A stretch of 64,000 nucleotides of DNA, taken from assembly GCA_002315855.1 (NCBI GenBank), contig DCIG01000050.1:24350-88349 (forward strand), written 5' to 3'. Made by a program: the position numbers and the translations under genes. Under the pieces are notes generated by a model, which saw only the letters and a list, made by a program, of their open reading frames with translations, was not told the origin of the DNA and searched no databases. Each line of letters starts with the position of its first letter. Within the stretch, counting starts at the first letter, position 1. The DNA is from Lentisphaeria bacterium UBA1732. GTDB taxonomy: Bacteria > Verrucomicrobiota > Lentisphaeria > Victivallales > UBA1829. Below are positions 26,701 to 33,478 of this stretch, one piece after another.

Positions 26701-26929
26701 CGCGTTCCAGACTTTCGATATTCAGCGGTTCAATATACGTATGATCCGCCATGCCGGGGTCGGTCATGATGGTTGCAGGGTTTGAATTGACCAGAACAAC
26801 ATCGTATCCTGCTGCTCTGAGTGCCTTACAGGCTTGTGTCCCGGAATAATCGAATTCGCAGGCCTGTCCGATGATGATAGGTCCGGAACCGATGATGAGG
26901 ATTTTATGAATATCTGTCCGTTTTGCCAT
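23705..26929 (-). CDS. carB: Carbamoyl-phosphate synthase large subunit
   Basis: MAKRTDIHKILIIGSGPIIIGQACEFDYSGTQA..., a duplicated ATP-grasp architecture and an MGS-like C-terminus. I start at ATG 26929 (GGAGA RBS) rather than the track's 27019. Confidence 0.95.
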   Translation of the reverse strand: MAKRTDIHKILIIGSGPIIIGQACEFDYSGTQACKALRAAGYDVVLVNSNPATIMTDPGMADHTYIEPLNIESLERVIKRERPDALLPNLGGQTALNLSSSLAEAGILKKYNVQVIGVDLDAIKRGEDRIEFKKTMAMIGVPVPKSAPAESVAEGEKIAAEIGYPVVLRPAYTMGGTGSGIVYNVEELREVIARGLSASLIHQVLVEQCVLGWEELELEVVRDQKGQKITVCYIENVDPMGVHTGDSFCVAPMLTVRPELQARLQDYSYRILDAIGVTGGTNVQFGHNRETDEVVVIEINPRTSRSSALASKATGFPIANVSTRLAAGMTLDEIPYWRDGSLEKYTPSGDYVVVKFARWAFEKFPKAKDQLGTQMRAVGEVMSIGKNFKEALQKAIRSLEIGRSGLGLDKKVSAMTDDQLRDKIKTPNSIRFFAIYEYLRRGYSVDEVVAKTSITRYFIEEINELAQFELELQKYTFDTLSDDMLIQAKRFGFADKYLAKLFSVCERVVRERRLALGVKVAFCKVPVSGVENACYYYSTYAPVADEVEVSSNRKIMILGGGPNRIGQGIEFDYTCVHAAFTLRDNGYESIMVNCNPETVSTDYDTSDKLFFEPLTLEDVLAIYDKEKPEGLIVQFGGQTPLNIAQELKDAGVNILGTQPEGIRLAEDREYFRERMIALGIRQPKSATSKSLEEAVAIANDIGYPVMVRPSFVLGGRGMEVIYDEPTLRRYAVESLQVSPEYPMLIDRFLDNAIECEVDAVSDGKQTYVAAIMEHIELAGIHSGDSACTIPPVTIPEKHRKTIEQHTADIAKDFKVDGIMNVQYAICEDEVYIIEANPRASRTVPIISKVTGVPLARLATELMLGKKLEQFQLPKTGETSFVAVKEAVFPFNMFPEVDPILGPEMRATGEVMGISDNFGAAYYKAEAASGCILPTSGTVLITINPKDRKYLLPIAQRMQKLGFKILATEGTSIFLTENGIANTKVFKLSEDRPNILDMMKNNEIQLIFNTPAGRSSKKDDSYIRRTAIQLRIPYMTTIAAADASSIGIETMLKHPDLEPKSLQEYHSTTPYKFIG

Positions 26930-26976
26930 GGTGTCTCCAATGCTTATTTGTTTCAGAATCAAAAAACCAAATTGAA

Positions 26977-27006
26977 ATAATATGCTCCACTTTTCCGATT
27001 TTTCAA
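26977..27006 (-). promoter_or_regulatory. Promoter for carB
   Basis: Minus strand: -35 TTGAAA (complement of 27001-27006), 18 nt, -10 TATTAT (complement of 26977-26982). Confidence 0.5.
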
Positions 27007-27203
27007 GTAAAAAGTCCATTTTTGATGAATATTTCTTTCGATTATTCGTGATTTGTTATTTTTAATCATATTTTCTGTTATTTTATTTCATTCGGATGTG
27101 TTTTTTGTATTGGTCTGTTTTTTGCCATTCTTTACCATCTCTTTTTCATTTGCGCTTTGCAGGAATGCGGCTTTTCTTTTCCATCATTCTGTATCCTGCT
27201 CTA

Positions 27204-27232
27204 TTGACATTTTCTCTTTTTCATGCTATTTT
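27204..27232 (+). promoter_or_regulatory. Promoter for the RgpF-like gene
   Basis: -35 TTGACA 27204-27209, 17 nt, -10 TATTTT 27227-27232. Confidence 0.6.
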
Positions 27233-27294
27233 ATTAACTGTCTTCCAAACAGGCTTTCCCATTTTATTTTCAACGCAACTTCGAGGAATCTGAC

Positions 27295-28719
27295 ATGAGC
27301 AGTCCGAAGCGATGGATGGTTTTTCTGCATTATGACCCGCAGGCGGTGATTGATGCCCACGTTTTGCACCTTTTGCGCTCGTATCGTCCGTTTTGCCGCC
27401 GCCTCATTTTCGTTTCCAATGCACCTCTCTCCGAGGCGGAACAGAAGAAAGCGTCAGAGTTCGCCGATGAAGTCAGACTTCACGACAACCGGGGATATGA
27501 TTTTGCGGCATGGAAAGACGTAATTCTGTCGCTTGCGCCGGATTTTTCCGGCTGCGGAGAGCTTATCCTCACAAATTCGTCTTGTTTCGGTCCCATTTTC
27601 CCGCTGGAAGAAATGTTTTCCGCCATGGATTCCCGCGAATGTGATTTTTGGGGGATTACACGTCATGCACGTGTGCATGGCTTCCCGGAACATCTGGCAT
27701 CCTACTTCATTGCATTCCGTCCCCGCGTACTGAACTCCCCGGCATTTCTGCAATTCTGGCGGAGTATCCGCTCTGAATACCGCAGTATGGCGCAGGTCAT
27801 CCACCACGGCGAACACCGTCTGACCCCGTATTTGCGCAGACATGGTTTCCGCGATGCAGTTTATTGTGAGCTTCCCGATACGCGGGAAGACCGCAGGATT
27901 GATTTTTTTGAATCGTTTACGACCTCATCCGCCGCAGAGCTGATTCGTCAGACGCGATGTCCTCTTTTGAAAGTGAAATCTTTTCAGAACGACTCGAATC
28001 TCCGATTCCCGAAAGCCCGCCTGATTTTTGAATCTTTGCGCGATACTGTAAGTCCCTATCCTTGCGATTTCATCATCCGTTTTCTCCGCCGTACAGCTCC
28101 CGCTTCATGGCTTTGGGATTTACCCGGTACTTCCCTGATTACGGATTTTTGCCAAACTCCGTTCCGCGGCACGGTTTCGGAATATCCCTGTATGGACGGC
28201 GATTTGGTTTTGGTGAAATCTCCCTCAAATTATCCTGATATGCCGTCCATGTACGGAGATGCCGTCCGACGTCATGCCGAACGTGCCTTGTATGGCGATG
28301 GCGAACGCCTCCGCCGGATTGCCGGATGTTTCGACCGGGAACCTCAGCTCGGCTTGATTCTCCCCTCAATTCCGCCTGTCATGCGTTTTGCCGGAGAGGA
28401 ATCCTCATGTTTTGCTGCCGGTGCATATCTGATTCGACGGACCTTGTTCCGCGAGGGTGTACCGATGAATGAAATCCCGGATTTCGTGCTGAAACAGGGT
28501 TTTTATTTCCGCGTTGCCGCGTCTGCGGAAGAATGGGCTTCGGATGCCGTTTGCCTGGATGCGGGAATGCAGAATCGTCGCAATTTCAATGGCCGCAAAA
28601 TCATGAAAGATGCTTTCCTATATTTAATCTGGCGAATCCGCAGTGTGTGGCATCGTGCATGTCCCCGTCTTTCTGAAAAGTTAATGCCGTTGGAAGACTT
28701 CTTCTGCGGGAATCGTTGA
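27295..28719 (+). CDS. Rhamnan synthesis protein F (RgpF)-family glycosyltransferase-like protein
   Basis: 474 aa. N-terminal half has FLHYDPQAVIDAHV, NRGYDFAAWKD, NSSCFGPIFPL, DFWGIT and ASYFIAFR, which match my recollection of the RgpF (PF05045) pattern. The C-terminal half is unassigned. Confidence 0.7.
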   Translation: MSSPKRWMVFLHYDPQAVIDAHVLHLLRSYRPFCRRLIFVSNAPLSEAEQKKASEFADEVRLHDNRGYDFAAWKDVILSLAPDFSGCGELILTNSSCFGPIFPLEEMFSAMDSRECDFWGITRHARVHGFPEHLASYFIAFRPRVLNSPAFLQFWRSIRSEYRSMAQVIHHGEHRLTPYLRRHGFRDAVYCELPDTREDRRIDFFESFTTSSAAELIRQTRCPLLKVKSFQNDSNLRFPKARLIFESLRDTVSPYPCDFIIRFLRRTAPASWLWDLPGTSLITDFCQTPFRGTVSEYPCMDGDLVLVKSPSNYPDMPSMYGDAVRRHAERALYGDGERLRRIAGCFDREPQLGLILPSIPPVMRFAGEESSCFAAGAYLIRRTLFREGVPMNEIPDFVLKQGFYFRVAASAEEWASDAVCLDAGMQNRRNFNGRKIMKDAFLYLIWRIRSVWHRACPRLSEKLMPLEDFFCGNR

Positions 28720-28729
28720 TTCCATACAC

Positions 28730-28763
28730 AAAAAAGCACCTCAGGCCGAGATGCTTTTCTTTC
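28730..28763. terminator. Bidirectional terminator between the convergent RgpF-like and MATE genes
   Basis: aaaaaa-gcacctc-aggcc-gagatgc-ttttctttc: a 6/7 bp stem flanked by A- and T-runs. Confidence 0.55.
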
Positions 28764-28767
28764 TGAA

Positions 28768-30162
28768 TTATGCCTGTGCTTCCATTTCCGAAACAGGCTT
28801 GCAAGGGGCGTTTCGCGGCTTGTTTTTCGGGTGGTCATACCGCCACATGATGTACAGATAAACGGCGAAAAGCAGCAGTCCGTTGGAGGTGCAGACCAGT
28901 CCCTCGTTGTAGCACACCCCGATGTATCCGAAATGTCTTGCCAGATAGAATGCGGTGATCAGTCTGCAAATTGTCTCCACAATGCCTCCGATCAGCGGCG
29001 GCAGAGTATGCCCCATGCCTTGCAGTGCGCTCCGGTAAATCACAATCATGCTGAGTGAAATGAAGAACGGAGCCACCCGGTTGAGGTATTGTTCGCCTGC
29101 GATGATGATGCCTTCGGTTTCCTGTCCGGAATCCAGGAAGATGCCCAGCAGAGGACGTTTGAAAAGATAAATCAGCAGACCGAAAACGAGGGAGAATGCA
29201 ATCGCCGCACGCCAGCAGATGCTTACGCCGCTGCGGATTCGCCGGAAGTTTCTCGCGCCGTAATTCTGTGCCGTATACGCCGTAACCGCCATGCCCAGCG
29301 CGCCGATTGGAATCCATATCAGCGCATACAAACGGCTTCCTGCGGCAATCGCCGCCACTTTTTCTTCGCCGAATTTATTCACAGCCGTCTGCACGATGGT
29401 CGCTCCGCTTCCCATGATGGTGAACTGAATCGCAATCGGCACCGATACATACAGATGCTCCCAGTACAGTTTGAATTTGTTGTTCCAGCTTTGAATTGTC
29501 GGGTGCAGTTCCGGCATTTTGAATACGATGAATCCCATGCACACCACGGCGGACACCATTTGCGCAATGACGGTGGCCCATGCTGCTCCCGCAATTCCCC
29601 AGCCGCACTTGCAGATGAAGAGCAAATCCAGACACACGTTCAGAATGGACGAACAGATAATCACATACACCGGACGCCGGCTGTCCCCCAGTGCCCGCAT
29701 CATTGAGGAGAACAGAAAATAAAACGAGCTGGCCGGAATCCCCAGCATGACCGTGAAAATATAGCAGTAAGTGTCTTCATAAATGGCTTCCGGCGTTTTC
29801 ATCAGCACCAGCAGATCGTCTATAAAGAAAACCGACCCCAGTGTCATGATGATGCTGGAAATCAGTGTAACCACCAGCGACACGCAGACCGAACGCCGCA
29901 TTCCGTCTGCATCTTTCGCCCCGAATCTCTGTCCCGTGATAATCGTCAGCGAGGATGGCAAACATGACACGAATCCCGTGAAAAGGAAGTTGATGGAACC
30001 CGTGGACCCCACTGCGGCAAGTGCATTGTCGCCGAGCCAGCGGCTCACGATTGCCGTATCGACGAACCCGTACATGTGCGTGAAGAGTTGCGCGATGGTC
30101 ATGGAAAAAAAGAAAGGGGCAATGGTTTTCAGCGGATGTCCCTTTGTCATATCCTGAGTCAT
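28768..30162 (-). CDS. MATE family efflux transporter
   Basis: 464 aa with 12 predicted TM segments. The N-terminal MTKGHPLKTIAPFFFSMTIAQLFTHMYGFVDTAIVSRWLGDNALAAVG is typical of MatE proteins. Confidence 0.85.
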   Translation of the reverse strand: MTQDMTKGHPLKTIAPFFFSMTIAQLFTHMYGFVDTAIVSRWLGDNALAAVGSTGSINFLFTGFVSCLPSSLTIITGQRFGAKDADGMRRSVCVSLVVTLISSIIMTLGSVFFIDDLLVLMKTPEAIYEDTYCYIFTVMLGIPASSFYFLFSSMMRALGDSRRPVYVIICSSILNVCLDLLFICKCGWGIAGAAWATVIAQMVSAVVCMGFIVFKMPELHPTIQSWNNKFKLYWEHLYVSVPIAIQFTIMGSGATIVQTAVNKFGEEKVAAIAAGSRLYALIWIPIGALGMAVTAYTAQNYGARNFRRIRSGVSICWRAAIAFSLVFGLLIYLFKRPLLGIFLDSGQETEGIIIAGEQYLNRVAPFFISLSMIVIYRSALQGMGHTLPPLIGGIVETICRLITAFYLARHFGYIGVCYNEGLVCTSNGLLLFAVYLYIMWRYDHPKNKPRNAPCKPVSEMEAQA

Positions 30163-30212
30163 AATATCCTGTCTGGATGTCTGTTAAGAAATAGTAAATA
30201 GTCAATTCTGTT

Positions 30213-30241
30213 AATATACTGCATTCCGGTTCCTTTTTCAA
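30213..30241 (-). promoter_or_regulatory. Promoter for the MATE gene
   Basis: Minus strand: -35 TTGAAA (complement of 30236-30241), 17 nt, -10 TATATT (complement of 30213-30218). Confidence 0.6.
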
Positions 30242-30248
30242 GCAGTAT

Positions 30249-30284
30249 GTGAAAATGTCATACCCCGGACTTTTGAAATCAGCT
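30249..30284. repeat. Palindromic intergenic repeat, copy 8 (left arm degenerate)
   Basis: gtgaaaatgtca-taccccggac-ttttgaaatcagct. Confidence 0.6.
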
Positions 30285-30293
30285 CTAATGTTT

Positions 30294-30322
30294 AGAATAC
30301 ACCGATTTTTTATTAAAATCAA
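30294..30322 (-). promoter_or_regulatory. Second promoter-like element upstream of repeat copy 8 and the MATE gene
   Basis: Minus strand: -35 TTGATT (complement of 30317-30322), 17 nt, -10 TATTCT (complement of 30294-30299). Confidence 0.4.
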
Positions 30323-30447
30323 GAAAAATGCATGAATATTCAGAAAAATCTCATTTTCCCCCGCAAATATCCCTTTTTTCACATTTGCACTGCCCTCTTT
30401 TTCTTCCTGAATTGCTTCCTTCCGGCCCCCCGGATTCGCATCAAATT

Positions 30448-31509
30448 TCAGTTTGCTTCTTTCATAACCTCCCAAACGCCATTACGTTTCCCATTCTTTC
30501 GGGTCAGAAGACCTTTATCCTGCAAGGTTTTGGTCAGAGTTTTTACCGTTCGTTCTGATTTTCCGATTTGTTCCGCAATCATTTTCTGCGTAGCATGAGG
30601 ATTTTTTGTGAGATATTCCAGAACGGCAGCCTCCTCTAAAGTGCAATTTTTGCACTTTGAATTTGCACTTTGAAATGCAGGATTCTCCTTCCAAAGAATG
30701 TGACAGAATCGGTTTTTCAGTTCATTTTGTCCCTGAAATATCAGATTTTCAAAGAAACGTTCCAAATACATCATAGAAGCGGAAATGTGCTGTGCATAGT
30801 TGTTATAGTTCGCACGGACAAGAGCATTCCTGAAGTACCATGAATGCTGCCGGAATGGTTCATTACTGACCTGAAAACCGAATTTGCGCAGATAAAGAAT
30901 TGTGAACACAGCGGTTGTTCTGGTGTTGCCTTCCCGGAATGGATGAATCTGCCATAACCCGGAGATGAATTTGCAGATATGTTTCACTGCATCTTGAGAA
31001 GATAAACCGCTGTATGAAAATTGCCGTTCCTGCGAAAAATCATATTCCAGCGTTTCTTTCAGCAAGTCTGCAGGGGCGTAAGTAACGCTTTCACCATCCA
31101 GCACCCACTCTTTCTTGGAGATATTCACGGTACGATATTCCCCGGCATGAGAAAAAACACCGGTAAAGAGTTTCCAGTGAAGTCTCGCGTATTCCTGCGG
31201 AATGAAGGAAAAGGCGTCTTCAGCCAGCACACTCATGATTCTTGTTGCCACAATGTCAGCTTCGTCAGTGCGCTCTGCTGCGAGCTTTCGGCCTTCTTCG
31301 GTCTGATAGTAATCCGTGATCCGCTTTTGGGCTGCAGCAAGATCCAAAGTTCCCTCAATATGCTGTTTTGCCGTATCGAAAAGATAGGGGGAGTTCTTCA
31401 GCTGATCAACATCCTGCAGTCCAATAGCTATTTGCCAGTTTTCCGCCCGTTGTTTTCGGGATGTTTCTCCCTGAACGATATATTCATCAAAAATATTTTT
31501 TTGTTTCAT
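30448..31509 (-). CDS. Fic/Fido-domain protein with C-terminal winged-helix domain
   Basis: 353 aa. Fic motif HPFREGNTRTTAVF (canonical form is HxFx[DE]GNGRxxR). The C-terminal LEYLTKNPHATQKMIAEQIGKSERTVKTLTKTLQDKGLL is wHTH-like. Confidence 0.85.
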   Translation of the reverse strand: MKQKNIFDEYIVQGETSRKQRAENWQIAIGLQDVDQLKNSPYLFDTAKQHIEGTLDLAAAQKRITDYYQTEEGRKLAAERTDEADIVATRIMSVLAEDAFSFIPQEYARLHWKLFTGVFSHAGEYRTVNISKKEWVLDGESVTYAPADLLKETLEYDFSQERQFSYSGLSSQDAVKHICKFISGLWQIHPFREGNTRTTAVFTILYLRKFGFQVSNEPFRQHSWYFRNALVRANYNNYAQHISASMMYLERFFENLIFQGQNELKNRFCHILWKENPAFQSANSKCKNCTLEEAAVLEYLTKNPHATQKMIAEQIGKSERTVKTLTKTLQDKGLLTRKNGKRNGVWEVMKEAN

Positions 31510-31588
31510 TTTTCACTCCTTGAACCACGAATGCACGCGAATATACACTTGTCCGGTATTCTTGCAGAACCGGGAAGATATACCGTGG

Positions 31589-31617
31589 AATATAACCTCA
31601 TTCAACGAAAAAATCAA
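31589..31617 (-). promoter_or_regulatory. Promoter for the fic gene
   Basis: Minus strand: -35 TTGATT (complement of 31612-31617), 17 nt, -10 TATATT (complement of 31589-31594). Confidence 0.55.
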
Positions 31618-31656
31618 ATAAATTCAAGAAAAACAATATAATAAAATTGGTGGTCT

Positions 31657-31770
31657 TTAGACTGACACACTTTCGTTTACCGTTGACTTGGTAGCGGTAA
31701 TAATTAAATCCACCTTCTTTTTTTGGTAGACAGTCCCTGTCTCCGGTTTAATCTTGATTTTCTTTCCCAT
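31657..31770 (-). pseudogene. Frameshifted, truncated N-terminal stub of a tyrosine integrase
   Basis: From ATG 31770: MGKKIKIKPETGTVYQKK. After a 1-nt shift in the run caaaaaaag, the reading continues EGGFNYYRYQVNGKRKCVSLKTTN. Joined, this resembles integrase N-terminal arm-binding regions (..VYQRKdGg..YrY..nGKRk.vSLkT..). It stops after about 45 codons and lies 100 nt from tRNA-Leu. Confidence 0.45.
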
Positions 31771-31833
31771 GATACATTCTCCAAAATAATGTCTGTTGTG
31801 GCTTAATATAGCCTCATTTCCGGGAAATGAAAA

Positions 31834-31857
31834 TCAAAAACGGTACCAAATGGTACT
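31834..31857 (-). terminator. Weak terminator-like hairpin 3' of tRNA-Leu(CAA)
   Basis: Minus strand: agtacc-attt-ggtacc followed by gtttttgatttt. The stem is only 5 bp. Confidence 0.35.
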
Positions 31858-31881
31858 AAAAAAGAGTTTTTGAGGTAAAAA

Positions 31882-31965
31882 TGGTGCCAGAGGCGGGACT
31901 CGAACCCGCACGGTGTTAGCCGGTTGATTTTGAGTCAACTGCGTATGCCATTTCGCCACTCTGGC
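31882..31965 (-). tRNA. tRNA-Leu (anticodon CAA)
   Basis: Reverse complement is GCCAGAGTGGCGAAATGGCATACGCAGTTGACTCAAAATCAACCGGCTAACACCGTGCGGGTTCGAGTCCCGCCTCTGGCACCA. Long variable arm, anticodon loop CTCAAAA, encoded CCA. Confidence 0.92.
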
Positions 31966-32002
31966 CCATGTCTGCGTGAAAGTCAGCAGATTGAATACAA
32001 TT

Positions 32003-32031
32003 AAAATACTCCGTTATCGGAGAAAAATCAA
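32003..32031 (-). promoter_or_regulatory. Promoter for tRNA-Leu(CAA)
   Basis: Minus strand: -35 TTGATT (complement of 32026-32031), 17 nt, -10 TATTTT (complement of 32003-32008). Confidence 0.6.
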
Positions 32032-32080
32032 GCACAAACGAAAAAAAACAGGAAAAATCTGAAAAAAAAGACAGATCTAT

Positions 32081-32109
32081 TTGATTTTCCATGAAAAAAG
32101 TGATATATT
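32081..32109 (+). promoter_or_regulatory. Promoter for rpsD
   Basis: -35 TTGATT 32081-32086, 17 nt, -10 TATATT 32104-32109. Confidence 0.65.
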
Positions 32110-32201
32110 AATCAATCTCGTCGTGATACAGGCCCCCGGTTTTCTGGTGCTTGACGCCTGTATCGCTTATACAAAAACACCTCTTTCGAAAGGATTATGG
32201 G

Positions 32202-32810
32202 ATGAAACAAGGTCAAGCCAAACATAAACTGTGCCGCCGCGTCGGCTACTGCATCTGGGGCATGAGCAATTGCCCGACTGTCAAACATGAACGCACTTAT
32301 GCTGCTGGTCAGCAGGGCAAGAACGCCCGTCGTAAAAAACTGACCACCTACGGCGAAATGATGCTCGAAAAGCAGAAACTGAGAGCCCACTATGCTCTGA
32401 CTGAAAAGCAGCTCCGTTCTGCATTCCTTGCCGCCAAGCGCATTGAAGGCAAGACAAACGAAATCCTTATGCAGCGCATCGAACTCCGTCTGATCAGTGC
32501 CGTCTATCATGCCGGTTTTGCTCCGACTATCTTCGCTGCCAAGCAGTTCGTCAACCATCGCCACATCCTCGTGGACGGCAAGATTGTCGACCGCGGTTCC
32601 TACCTGCTCCGTCCGGGTCAGGTTATCACCATCAATGCTGAAAAGTCCCCCACAATCGCGACGATTGCCAAGGGCGTTGAAACTGCAGCTCCTGCATATT
32701 TTGAAGTGGACAAAGATGCCCTCAAGTGTGTTGTTGCTCGTCAGCCGATGCTTGAAGAAATTCCGTTCCAGGTCGAATCCATGCGCGTGGTCGAATACTA
32801 CGCTCGTTAA
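32202..32810 (+). CDS. rpsD: 30S ribosomal protein S4
   Basis: MKQGQAKHKLCRRVGYCIWG...YGEMMLEKQKLRAHYALTEKQL...RLISAVYHAGFAPTIFAAKQFVNHRHILVDGKIVD (S4 domain). ATG 32202 with an AAAGGA RBS. The track start at 32151 is an upstream extension. Confidence 0.93.
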   Translation: MKQGQAKHKLCRRVGYCIWGMSNCPTVKHERTYAAGQQGKNARRKKLTTYGEMMLEKQKLRAHYALTEKQLRSAFLAAKRIEGKTNEILMQRIELRLISAVYHAGFAPTIFAAKQFVNHRHILVDGKIVDRGSYLLRPGQVITINAEKSPTIATIAKGVETAAPAYFEVDKDALKCVVARQPMLEEIPFQVESMRVVEYYAR

Positions 32811-32833
32811 TTCACGGATATTCTGCGAATTTC

Positions 32834-32870
32834 AGACCGTTTCCCTTTACCGGGCGACGGTCTTTTTTTT
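32834..32870 (+). terminator. Intrinsic terminator of rpsD
   Basis: Stem agaccgt (32834-32840) pairs with acggtct (32857-32863), followed by a run of 8 T. Confidence 0.8.
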
Positions 32871-32880
32871 GTCTTCGGAA

Positions 32881-32913
32881 CTGATTTCAAAAGTCCTGCC
32901 GGGATTTTGAAAT
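32881..32913. repeat. Palindromic intergenic repeat, copy 9 (right arm truncated)
   Basis: ctgatttcaaaa-gtcctgccggga-ttttgaaat. Confidence 0.75.
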
Positions 32914-33172
32914 AATAATTTTATGAGGACCTGTTCAGGATATATCTCCCTTTGCAGACAGAATTCTGCGTCAGGAGCCCAAGAAAGAATGAAGACGTCT
33001 TCTGTGATTGAATTTCACATGGCTTTGGATGCCTCTTCGCAGTTGAGGCAGAAAGATGGATAGAATACCTTATTCCATAAAACGGCTTGCTTCGTTCAGA
33101 AATCTGATTCATATAATGCCGTTTACACTCTTGCAAGCAGTCCGTTTTTCGGAAATCTCCGCATTTCCGGAC

Positions 33173-33207
33173 AAAAAAAAGCCGAACCTGAAAAACTCAG
33201 ATTCGGT
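33173..33207 (-). terminator. Intrinsic terminator of tRNA-Leu(CAG)
   Basis: Minus strand: accgaatctga-gttt-ttcaggttcggc followed by TTTTTTTT. Confidence 0.75.
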
Positions 33208-33222
33208 AATCAGCAGAAAAAG

Positions 33223-33308
33223 TGGTGCCGACGAGAGGAGTTGAACCTCCACCTCCGTGAAGAGACTGCGACCTGAACGCAGCGCGTCTGCCATTCCGCC
33301 ACGTCGGC
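33223..33308 (-). tRNA. tRNA-Leu (anticodon CAG)
   Basis: Reverse complement is GCCGACGTGGCGGAATGGCAGACGCGCTGCGTTCAGGTCGCAGTCTCTTCACGGAGGTGGAGGTTCAACTCCTCTCGTCGGCACCA. Long variable arm, anticodon loop TTCAGGT, encoded CCA. Confidence 0.92.
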
Positions 33309-33344
33309 ACTTTCAGTAGCCGGTTTCATCCGGCACGATATTTT

Positions 33345-33372
33345 ACTATAGCGCAAAAAACATAAAAATCAA
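33345..33372 (-). promoter_or_regulatory. Promoter for tRNA-Leu(CAG)
   Basis: Minus strand: -35 TTGATT (complement of 33367-33372), 16 nt, -10 TATAGT (complement of 33345-33350). Confidence 0.6.
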
Positions 33373-33412
33373 GCTAAATCTCAAAAAAAGTCGAAAAAAA
33401 ACACATTTTGGT

Positions 33413-33440
33413 TTGATGTTTTGGAAAAAGGGACTATATT
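33413..33440 (+). promoter_or_regulatory. Promoter for recJ
   Basis: -35 TTGATG 33413-33418, 16 nt, -10 TATATT 33435-33440. Confidence 0.55.
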
Positions 33441-33478
33441 GTTAGTGTGAAAGTTAATTTAAACAAAGAAGAAAGCTG

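Noticed and set aside
26930-27019. Upstream extensions of track ORFs: carB to 27019, rph to 42150, CYTH to 38122, uppS to 4955, rpsD from 32151, nfo from 49752, lipoprotein from 56785
   Set aside because: In each case an internal ATG with an RBS gives the canonical family N-terminus. The extension runs through a promoter, a repeat, another CDS or (for rph) the SRP RNA.
30163-31881. Intact prophage or integrative element at tRNA-Leu(CAA)
   Set aside because: Only a ~45-codon frameshifted integrase stub and one cargo gene remain. I saw no att repeat of the tRNA 3' end and no other mobility genes.
32921-33136. 71-aa minus-strand ORF downstream of rpsD
   Set aside because: It has no RBS, atypical composition and no motifs. 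I treat the region as unassigned non-coding (see findings).
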